Source: Balanoglossus misakiensis (taxonomy: Eukaryota > Animalia > Hemichordata). Taken from it: 64,000 bases of DNA. The stretch is taken from the NCBI GenBank assembly GCA_040954595.2, contig CM082578.2, positions 15,918,998 to 15,982,997 on the forward strand, written 5' to 3'. Position 1 is the first letter of the stretch; each line of letters begins with the position of its first letter. The notes under the pieces are model-generated. The model did no database searches. It worked only from the letters and a program-made list of their open reading frames with translations, and was not told where the DNA came from. Shown in pieces: positions 21,301 to 32,700 of this stretch. The translations under genes were made by a program, and so were the position numbers.

Positions 21301-24300
21301 TAACTTTTGACACAAAAATATACATAAATGTCAAAAGATAGCTACATACAGCATATGCTTTTAGATTGAGAAATACAACAAGGTGAATTTCTGCACTTTT
21401 GTAATGAAATTGTTGATTATTGCCATATTTTGCCATGAAATGCGACAATAGCCGAGAAGTCCTATCATGTGATTGTTTTATGTTTTTCCCACGTACCATC
21501 TTGTTGTCCACTTCACTTATCATTCCTGTTATTGTTGGTGCATGTTTACTCATCTACGTCATTCTCCATGGTTATGTGTCATCAATTCCTTGCCTATCGA
21601 CTCCAGGAAATCAAGGTAAAGATCAATGTACATCTTGTGTTATTCTAGCAAAATGTGTCATCAATGTCTTCTATAATGTGGATGTTGTCTGTGGGTCAGT
21701 CTTTACTGTGTACTTGTGATGTTAGATCTAGGACTTTATATGTTTTGGCTTGCAACTCTCAAGCAGTCAATGCCTGTGGGAGTATATATCATGTTTTAAT
21801 TGGATGATAAAGTGAAAAGGTGAACTTTGTAATCTTTTGAATGTGATAAAAAGTAATGGCACACTGTTTGCCATTATGTACATTGTTATAGTTTTATGTT
21901 CACTTTGTGTCTATTTTTGACTTGCTAGCAAATGGGTTGACCAGATAACTCCCGCCCTTTAAAGTTAGCCTCAGAGTTTATACTGTTCATGGAATTGACA
22001 CAGTACTACTCTTTTGTGTCTGTGCATTTAATTAACGCAGTTTGACTGTTTTTACCCTTCAGGGACCACCTTGAACTTCTATTCAATCAACTGCACCATG
22101 AACTCACGGAGCCAGGAAATGCTATGGAGCATATTTTTGTCAAAGTTCAAGAGTTGAAAGTTGCCACAGAACAACATTTTATTCTCAAAAAATTGTTTTG
22201 GAGGGTACGTATTTCGAGTGTAAAACGTATAGTTACACATCCACCATCAGTACCAATTGGTGTACAATGAATGAATCATTTCAGTGTCGATTCGGGGTGG
22301 GGGAGGGGGGGGGGGGGTTGAAAATTGTTAAAAGTAGTAGGTTTAATCTGTCTTCTATTTGTTGTTTTGCAGAGTGAATCATTATTTTTATTCCTTGTGT
22401 CCCAACTTGGTCGGTATTTACCCAAGTCTCCATGTAACATTAATAGTCACAGAGGGAGGAATCACAGAGCTGATGAATTGGAGTAAGTGAATTTTGAACA
22501 AGGCTATTTTATGTAACTATATATATCTCTGTTCATTCTCAATGTAACTGTCATGAAATTCTTTTTCTAATACATGTCTCGTTTTGGTCATTTTCAGTCT
22601 GACAATTCTGCTTGTGGAAACGTTGGCCTTGATGTTTCGTGAAACTGAAATATTTCCCACAAGAACGACCACCCTTGCAGCTAATAAGTGAGTACCAGCT
22701 TGTGTGGTATGAATGTCATCAAGTTTTTGTGTCTAAAAGAATTGTTCACACCTAATGTCTGAACTAGCAACAATTGCGAGGTTTTATATACAACTTGAAG
22801 GCTTGTAGTGATGTTTCAAAGTGGCACATGTCCAAAAGCTAATTTTTGCAGTGCATCACTTCAGATTTTACATACCATTTTCATTTCTGTGCAGGGGGAA
22901 AGTAGCACTTGATTTGCTTGCAGTTCTAACCTGCTTTCCTGAAGTACCTCAGAGATGGCGACCTCCAGTTACCCGAGCTGCAACTTTGATGTTTGAAAGC
23001 AATTCTGATGGTTGGAATACATATGAAGATGCTGAGGTGAGTGAAATCGATACCATAAGTGTCCAATGTTCCATTATAGAATATGATTTTATTGCATCAA
23101 TCTAGATTCCTTTAATACACGCATGCTTGTATGGCATGCTTCGATGTACATTAAAATAGATGTCAGAAAAAAGTTTATATGTAAATTAACATAGAAGTAC
23201 ACGATATGCACATATGTAGACACATTTATCCACTTTTATATTTATACCGCAAACACTAGTACCCGGTAGTTCAGTCACTGGCATTACAAACAAGTTTGGG
23301 TGATTGGTATTATCATTTTCATATATAGGTAGATAAGCATGTATCTGCAATGTCAGGGGATGAGTAGGAGAGATGTTGACATCATGCCAAAAGTTCTTCA
23401 GTTCTTTCATTTTCATCCTGTTCAGTATTTCTTTATTTTTGATATGTTTTCTATATTTAAAGGCACTTCTACTAATACACTAACCAAGCATGCTGAAAAA
23501 ATTCTTTCTATGCACACAAATTTGATGATGATTGAATTACCATGTTCCTTCACTCAGGTAACACCAGTGTACAGAAACGTTTCAATAACAGTGTCTCACC
23601 TGCTGACACGCGTCACTAAGCGAGGACTTCTATTTCATGTGCCACTACAGAAAAGCAAGCAATTTAGATACTGTGGAAGTGTGCAAAACTCAGGACACAT
23701 GCTCAATCACGATCACTATTAGTACCCTCCAAATAGAACATGGTCATTCAAAAGTTATATTACACTCTAAAAATCAATGTTGTGTTACAGCTTCCTTTTA
23801 AATGTCTCTTGCGAAAGCCTTGTCATTTTTTCCCATGTGTTCTTTTACTCAACTCATCAAAGCCAGAGACACTGAATTCAGTGCTGGCATACCATGTGCT
23901 CTTATCATTTCTCTCTTTGTTCCCAAACATGTATTTTTTTCTCTGACTTTTGCTGTGGTGTCTTCTACATGTATTCTGCGTCTGTCACCCATTGGCCAAA
24001 TATCTCATCCATCTGTCTCGGACTAATCCAACTACAAATGTTTAGAAACAGGAAATCAATGAGGTACAGTAAAATGTCAACTTCATCAGTATGCATCATC
24101 GTTGTCACTTAATATGTTATTAATCTTTCTCTCTCTTTATTGGCTGTAATGAAGGTTTTCAATCCATGTGACGACAATTCTCAAGTCCCCCACTATTTTA
24201 ACATGATGTTTCTTTATTTTTCGGTGGGGCAGTTTTTAGCTCCCATTTGGTATATGCATTTATACACAAGCTGGAGCTTATGGGATCAGTTGTCTGCTAG

Positions 24301-26061
24301 GGGGGGACGTCTGTATTAGGAGGGAATAATATACAAACACACACACGAGAGTCAGATTACAGTAGACGATTTTTGTGAGACAGACAGCACATGATAATAA
24401 AATTATGCAATATTGAAAGATTTTAAACTGTGCTGAAAATTAATTTTTACTGCAATCTTCCATATGCAAATACATGTAACCAAAAAAAAACGAACAACTT
24501 TTCTGCATTCTTCTGACCACATTAATTAATAGCAGTACTCAAAAACTTTGCATTTTGCTTGGCAAGTGCTTGCTTTTAAACTTGTAACTGACCCCAAGCA
24601 ATGCCAAATAGCTTTCAACAAGATGCTCTTTCAAGATGTTAATTTTAGATCAGAATATTTTTTAAATTAGGAACATTTACCATTTCTGTATAAAAGTATC
24701 ATTGAGATCCTGATCTGAAACTGATTTCAAATCAGCATTGAAATGTTAACTTTCCCTTTCATGTTCACCAACTAAAATTACAGTAGATTTTACATAGAAA
24801 AAGCTGTTAATGACTTTTGTAATCTGTTCACTTCATTTTTAAAGGTTGCTATATTGGTTCATGAGTTAACCAATGCATCTACTGCTGTTCTTTATGAGTT
24901 GATCCTAATAGCTCATCAGGTAGGTACAAATGGTAAATTGTCCTTGATATTCGTTGATTGTTTTTCTCTCTCTCAATGTACGACATACATGTAGTTCTCT
25001 GAATATTATCTAGACAGTTGTGTATGTATGCTGTTCATTCAGTTAAATGATTATTATAACTCACTGCACATACACCATTCTGTACCATCAACAGTGTCAC
25101 CATTTTTTTCTTCTTTTATTTTCACATTGCAGGCCAGCTGGGGCAATAGGTCTGGTAAATTCTTCAATATCTGTTGGATGATGAAAGTTCTGGACACCTT
25201 GCCATCAACAGTGAGTTTTGTTTGTGTGAATCCTTTCATTGAATTTCTACTTGTGAACAGATCGAGGCAGTGGAGTACTGAGGTTGAATGGAAAAGATCA
25301 CTTGTATAGTGCCTTGCAAAAAGTTATAAGACCTGTTGAATCTGTTGTCATGTCATAGATTTTGTTATGGGTAGCGTCATCACAGTTAAAAAAGCTGCAT
25401 TCTTTCGTTTTCATGTTTCCAGGCAAAATTTTGGTTTTATTCAAGGAGAATGTTCTTTTTCCGTTTTTAATTGCAGGAGACGTTTATTGAACGCTTAATA
25501 GCTCAAGCTATGAGATTACTATCTCCGTCCAAAAATGAAATCCTAACTCCCAAGGAGACAGTACTGCTTCATCAGCAGTTCTTTGTTCTACAGACCTTTG
25601 TGGAATACAGTTCCACCACAGCAGTGCATATCAAGACAAACTACAGAGAAGAATTCAGGTAAAGTTTGGTGTTTGATCGCGTTGCGTGGTGTTTTTGTAA
25701 TGACAGAAACTGTGAAATGCAAATATCAAAATTGACTAGAATAGAGGGCGATTCAACCCACATCAAATAAGTCTAATCCACTAAATTTTTTGGCCCTAAA
25801 CCGATTCTCAGGAACTGACTAAAACCAATGCATTATCACATAGCTTGCATCGTAAATAGCAATTGCATACATGCATATAGTGTCAATAGCTTTACTTACC
25901 TATGTTCTAACATGGTTTGTTCTTGTAGATACTATGTGCAGTCGCCGTACATTGTCAAGAAACTTCCACAGAGCTATCCAATATCCAGGCTAACTCTGAA
26001 ACTCATCAATGAAGTACTGTCATATGTTCTCCACAAACCGACCAAATTGCATTTCCATTGA
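18371..26061 (+). CDS. C12orf56: C12orf56-like uncharacterised protein (DUF4551)
   Basis: RRNPKLDTFIKKKLP..YERIRAYEECII..VILSDEYIYLTENPPK / VNDFPDFL..QHISVVYS / HLKSAWNNYII / ILKKLFWR / NYREEFRYYV match recalled C12orf56 motifs. Exons 18371-18625, 19931-20911, 21164-21231, 22063-22204, then approximately 22373-22482, 22598-22687, 22894-23036, 24845-24919, 25133-25210, 25477-25658, 25929-26061. Confidence 0.85.
24233..24320 (+). mobile_element. ttttagctcccatttggtata-family repeat fragment
   Basis: tttttagctcccatttggtata..tatac..ggagcttatggg, near-identical to copies at 26433 and 49022(-). Confidence 0.6.
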
Positions 26062-26432
26062 GGGCCTGGGAAGTACCCTCCAGTCTGTGAAGACAGCAAA
26101 TGGACACATTTATTATACAATGTGTGTCAAAATGGTTGGGGAGAGATTTTATCAGTATATCAGGAGTCCGTTTTGAAATTTTTACCATTAATTGCAATTG
26201 TTCACCCATGATTGCATACTCTACATAACAATCATATGATCGACTCTATAATGATCAATTGTATTTTACTGTTTGTGATTTTACTGATAACTTTTATCTG
26301 GTAATAAAATTTTATTGATGCAGTACCTTCCTATAATTGTTGGTGTGTAAAAAGTGTGAATATTGTATAGAAATCAATATAGACAATTTACTGTTTTTAG
26401 ATTTGTAAAGAACCGATTTAAAGTAAATCCCG

Positions 26433-26480
26433 TTTTTAGCTCCTATTTGGTATAGACAGTATATACCAGGGGACATTATG
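26433..26480 (+). mobile_element. ttttagctcccatttggtata-family repeat fragment
   Basis: tttttagctcctatttggtata-gacagta-tatacca-ggggacattatg, with hairpin stem tggtata/tatacca. Confidence 0.6.
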
Positions 26481-27222
26481 AAACATGTACAGTTTATATT
26501 TTGGAACTGTACCTTTTAAAACTCTTTTGCAAGGTTTTGTTTTCTGTGAAAACTATTTTCCATTCTCATTTTAAGACATTGGAAATTTCACCATTTTGTC
26601 CGGAAGTGTTATAACAGCTCAACTCATTTCCGTATTGGGTGGATCCCCTTTAAAATAATGTTTATGCATGCTGTCTAACAAAATGTTTGTTATTTTAACT
26701 ATTCAGTTTACACTCCGAAAAGCACAATGCAACATTGTAATCTGTATATTTTTGCATTCATTAATATGTTGATAGGAATACAATATCGTGGTGAACAAGT
26801 ACTGCCCATGAAATGCTGGAGCCAAAAATAGTCCTTGGTCAAATATTGTAAAATTCAGAAAATTATAACCATAGACATTGTAAATTGCACTATTAAAGCA
26901 GTCAGGGTATATACTACATTTCTTTCTTGAAATTTACAGAAATAAATCACATATATTTTGGTGTTATGTATTCATGGTTCAAAGGTTTTGTGCAATGTGG
27001 TATCAATCCTTTACAAACTTCAGATTCGTGGGCATTATATAAATCTAAGGGTGTCTATTACTCTCCCAATAAACTTTACTGTATTGTATATATGTATATT
27101 CACGATTGTATAGATGAATAAAATATTGTTTCTGAAGGGTTATTCTTCTGTGCGCGTAAAAATTTCTGTTCAATCTTGTTCATACACACATGATGTATAC
27201 CGGGAATCTTGCCGTAACTATA

Positions 27223-27841
27223 TGTAACGGCCCCTATTGATCCATTGAATTTGTATGTATGTTATACCTGTATCTTGCAGTAATCAGTTATTCATCTATT
27301 CATATGACGTAAGAGTACTTACCTGCAATTGGTTGATCGTAATTATATGCAAACCACCTGGACGTTTCATTGACCAATGAACACAAGCTGGCACTATGAT
27401 GTATAAAAGGACATTGTGCATAAAATTTAGCAGTTCACCTCTGTAGCCAGACCGGCCCACACACGTGGAACTGACATGTATTTGTCCCATTTCAGGTTAG
27501 TTTTCTTTGTACCTTACCTGTTGCTTGAAGCTTTGTATTTTGGTGTATTCTACCGACTCATTTCAGCACAAGTAATTGGTGTCTTGAACTTGCGTCAATT
27601 TTCCAATTGTATGTCTATATTTTTCACTTGCATGAATTTTGGTGTATTCTGTTGGAGGTGAACTCCCATACATGTGCGTAATTTAGCCGTTCACCTCTGT
27701 AGCCAGACCGGCCACACACATTGGAACTGACATGTATTTTGTCCCATTTCAGTATTAAATGTACATGTAAGGCCTAAGTCTTTGTTACCCGTAACCCGTT
27801 TTGGTGTTAATGTGTTGGATGAAACGGCGACAACCGTGACA
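27223..27841 (+). mobile_element. Solo LTR (619 bp), probably Gypsy-type, with 4-bp TATA TSD
   Basis: Termini TGTAACGG...CCGTGACA (TG..CA, 7/8 inverted match); tata on both flanks (27219-27222, 27842-27845). Internal CCAAT (~27374), TATAAAA (27402-27408), Inr-like CAGTT 30 bp downstream, ATTAAA (27754). No PBS or internal ORF follows. Confidence 0.75.
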
Positions 27842-29762
27842 TATACCAACTCTATAAGACACATTAAAAATAAACCATCCACAAAATTGTGTATTCATAA
27901 TCACTTTATTATTATCTTTGATGATTTTTTTGGAAAATATTGAATGGCAATACTGTTGTTGCCAGAGGTAGATGCTCTGGCAGCTTCAAATACAAAATTG
28001 TAAAAAAATATTGTTAGAGCCAGAAACATGGATACCGATTGTTCATAAGCTGGTTTACCATGAGGTTACATCATAAAGCTGGTGTTATAGTCACTATATG
28101 TTACTCATTGTTTCTGCTTGTGAAACTTTTGGAAATAGAAGAATCACAACTTTCAATTATAAAGCTGAATCAGATGTTATATTCTGAGTGAATATCAAGA
28201 ATATTGACCTGTTTTTCATATCACTTTGGAAAGAGCAAAATATTGAACCAAGGCAGTAGAAAGTTTTTCAGAGTGTCTCCCTGGAAAAAATGTGGATATC
28301 TTCTTAAAACATGGTTAGACCAAACTTGACACGGAACTGTGGATATATTTGCAGCAGATAAAGAGAACATGTCATATGAAATTTGAATTTTCTGATGTAC
28401 TAATCTATCATACTGCAGTTGTAAATCAAAGACCCTGCTTTGAAAATAAAAACATAAACTAAACTGATAAATAAACTACATCTTAAATGCTTCTGCATTT
28501 CATAAAGCTGTTAAACTTCTTTGTTAACTGCTATGGATGGTAAGAAAAAAAATACTTAAAATATCACAAAACATAACAGAATGAAATATTGCAACATATG
28601 TACACATCAGAACAATAAAAATAATATTAATAACAATAATCATAATACATAATAAATAAAGAAAATCCAACTGTACAAAAATAATTAGTAATCAAAGCCT
28701 GGGGCAGCAGCATATGTAGAAATGTTAAGACGTCATCACTCAACATTGAAAAAAGAAAAACATTGCCTCTATAGAGGACAGAATTACCAGCATTGATATT
28801 ACTGCCTTCACATTCTCTGATGTCTGACAGCACCAATAAAATCCTTCAAAGTGTGCCACTTTTTTACTTGAATATACATTAAATGAACCACAGATTAAAA
28901 ACGTTTATTTCAAAAGCTCAATGAGTTGTTTGAAATGTTGAAATTTCATCATTAAAATGTTCACATTTCATGTGAGAATGACCCAATTTGGGCTGTAAGC
29001 TCTTTAGGACAGTCGGCCATTGATAAGTATTTTCATCATTTTACTTTTATTATTCTAATACTAGTAAGTAGATCTATACACATTCATAATTCTAGGATAA
29101 TTTCACTTTTCAAAAAAATAGTGTTTCTATAATATTTCTGTAAATATTGCATCTTTCTGCGTAGGATTATACTCCAAAAATAGATATTTGTTCTAAGTCT
29201 TGAAGTTTAAAAATGTTACAAAGGTACTGTCAACACACATCATGGTGTCATACCTGTTAATTTGTGCTGTCTTATCTGACATTGAACTGAATTGTTATGG
29301 TAAATTAAAGTTTGAATACCGGCATACAATGTGGACATTCAAAAACTTTCTGGTCTTATTTGAGAGGCAGACATTATGAGTCATAGCACCAGACTTGCCT
29401 TTACAGTTTTATAACCAAAAGATACATCATGACCTTTGACCTCCTATCTCTCATGATAAAATGTTCTTTGCCTGAATTTTTTTTTACCCAAAGTGATTGG
29501 GGGCTTGTCAATCTGGAGAACATTGCAGGTTGTCCACAGGATTGAAATCACAGGGTCAGGGGAGTGCAGGGGTTGTCTGACACAGAAACAATTTCTTTGG
29601 CTATGATAACACAAATTACCGAAGCAGCTGATAAATAATGGCTGGCTTGTACAAACCATGGCAATGTTCAAGTGAATATAGTAACATTCATTTCTCGATA
29701 TAAATTTGATAATCTGAAATAGACGTAACAACAACAAGGTCTTCTCTGTTGGAAAGCTCTCG

Positions 29763-32700
29763 CTAGCTTGTGTTGTCTCCCATTGACGTCTGAAAAAAGA
29801 AAACAAAAAAGTTATTTTACTAGAAACACAAACTCAGCATATTGTACATAACAAGCATTTGTGAGAACGAATTCCGATGAATATTTGAGTTCAATGGAAA
29901 TGATACTTACTGTGGCTTCTGCATACATTGGATTGTCAAAGACTGGTTTTTCATCAGGAGCTGTTTTTTCACCAAAAGTAACACTGCCCCCTTCAGCACC
30001 ATTCTATGAAAACAAAAGTCGAACGGAACAGTTAGAAAACTACACTGTAGCACATACAGAGAAAACTGGCTGAAAATCACACAAGCCTCCCATGGCCAGG
30101 TTGCCAAACTTGTAATAAATGATCGTAAGAATCTGTTGCAAATGAGAATACCGTACTATCAAACAACATTGGGAAGAAGGGGAAGTGTATACTTACTGAA
30201 CTATATCTACTACACACAATTGGCCCACTATTAATATCAAATTTCCTACGGTTTCTCCGATACAAAATATACACCAAAAATACTATGAGGGCTAGAACAA
30301 CTATGCATACAACTGCTATTGCTACAATTCTTGACTTCATGCTCTTGTGTTCATCCTGTAAAAAGCCAAACACAGACAAACACTCCATTAATATTAAAAG
30401 GAATAGGTGTACTAAAATATAGTTTTCAGAACAGCACAATAGCTCTGCAGCTTCTATAGACTTGGAAGGTATGAAAAAAACAAAGTATTGCTGTGTTTGC
30501 AAGAAAAAGTCTCAGCGTGGCACAGCATCGTTCAACTGTACTTGGGAGCAAAAAGAATGGACTGGCCTTACCTTAAACTCTGATGCTACACCTTGAGCAA
30601 CTGGCTGTGTTAGTGTAGAATTTATAACATGGATGAAACCATTCATTGTTGGAAGGTCAAATTCTATTACAACTGCATCATTGATATACCACAGATCCTG
30701 CAATGAAACGGGTGAGAAATATGAGTAGCTGTACTGAACTTTAGATAACAGAAACTGTCAAAACAATATGTGATAGATAATAAACGGGTTTGGTTGATTC
30801 TGCTTTATAACATGATGAATACTCTCATTTTCATATGTGCAATGTCTTAAGCATACAAACCTTTCCGCTGTCATATCTGACATGAACAGAAATACCAGAC
30901 ATTGTAATATATTCAGCACCATCGCGGACATCTACCTGTCTTAGTGGTCTGGTGCCATACAGAATATGACTTTTCACCCCCTTGGAATTCAGCGTCTGTG
31001 GTAGAACATCACATTTCGATATTAGTCTCATTATTGACTGAATTAAATTCAGCTCTTTATTGTGCATTAAATCTCTGACTCTTATTTAGCAGTTAATTGG
31101 CCAAAGCACACCACAAACAGTGGAGTCGAACCCATGTTTTGCATTGACAGCTAGGCGCAAGTTCGCATATTCATCCGTCATATCATAAAGGCACTTGGGG
31201 GCATGATAGTTCAAAGATCAGCTTTTAGACATTGAGCAGAGAATTTACTCACCATGTTTGGGGGGATGCATCCATCAATTGGTACAAACACCGTCAGTTT
31301 TGATGTGATATCTTTGAATGTGTGAATCATCTCAGAACCTTCCTTAGACTCCATTTGCATCACAGACTGAGAAGACAGAGTTTAAACAGAATGTGTCAAA
31401 ATTAGTGATGATTACTGATAGTTAGTGTCTGGTGGTTCATAGTGTTGACTTAAATAAGTTCTTATAAATACAAATGTAACTTCTTCACTTCTACATTATC
31501 ATCATCCACATTCTCTTTTTTTGTTTCGATTTTCAGTGAGGCTTAAAAATACTTAGTTATTTACATGAAATAAATCATGTTTTTTTTCCACTTACTTTGA
31601 AGAAGTCACTGAAGACACTAATAGAAGCCAAAGTTTCATACATGTCACCATTACACATTGTTCCATTACCGATGTATCCTTCTCTACAAACACAGCGCAT
31701 GTCACCATATGGAAATGAACCTATAAAGGCACAGTTACACAAAATACACCAGTACTATAAGTATTTCTGTCATAACGACACATATAATAACACATTTGCA
31801 ACATTATCAGTGCTCCCACAAGACATACCGGTATTTTGTGTTGTTGCAGAAATGTTTAATATGTTTATAGGTTATATGAATAAATTATTGCATCAGAGAA
31901 ATGTATATGTTCCACATCAACGACTTACTTGTTGGGGAAATGTCCACACAGTATGCGTTCTCTGAACAATATGAAGGCAGTCGATTACAGGGACTGCTTG
32001 GCCTCAATTCACAATCCTTACCATCTCCTTCATATGGGGGATTACAGCTGCAGGTACGAGTGCTCTGGCAAAATCAAGTAACACACACAAGTTGAATATA
32101 TATTAAAGATTGAACCATGATGTACAGACCAGCTTTACATCCTAGTTTTGACTAGTAAAAGGGCATTATACATATACTTACAGGGCCTGAATATCTGCAA
32201 GTAGCATTGGCATGACAACCACCGTTGTCCGTTTCGCAAAGATCAACTCCACGGCATACAACACCATCTCCTTCATAGTCGTCATGACAACTGCAGAGTA
32301 CAGTGGTGCCAGTCTGATGACAATCGGCATGACTACTGCAGCCACCATTATCATATTGACACCTGTCCACCACTTTAAAAAAGAATACAGAGAAAGTTAT
32401 ATGGTTGATAGGAAAACCCAGAATTACATTACCAGTACATCATGGTACAAACAAAACCATGTGTGAAAAAATAGCCAAAAAAAGTATTCCTTTGAAATCA
32501 CTCATCCACATGTATGTCATCATGTGACTAATCCTATGTCGACTTTCCATATAAAAACTACATGGCTTATCTGCTTAGTGCTACTACACACACAGCTATT
32601 CATGATACCTGTTACTGATATTTGTACATATACCCAGTGTGAGCTAAAAACTGATGGTGCACAATACCTGAACAGTTTCTGCCATCTCCAAAATAGTACG

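Noticed and set aside
29444-29806. 120-aa minus ORF as an extended stabilin C-terminus
   Set aside because: The preceding exon ends in phase 0, giving TSMGDNTS-stop; the long ORF is in another frame and lies in the 3' UTR.
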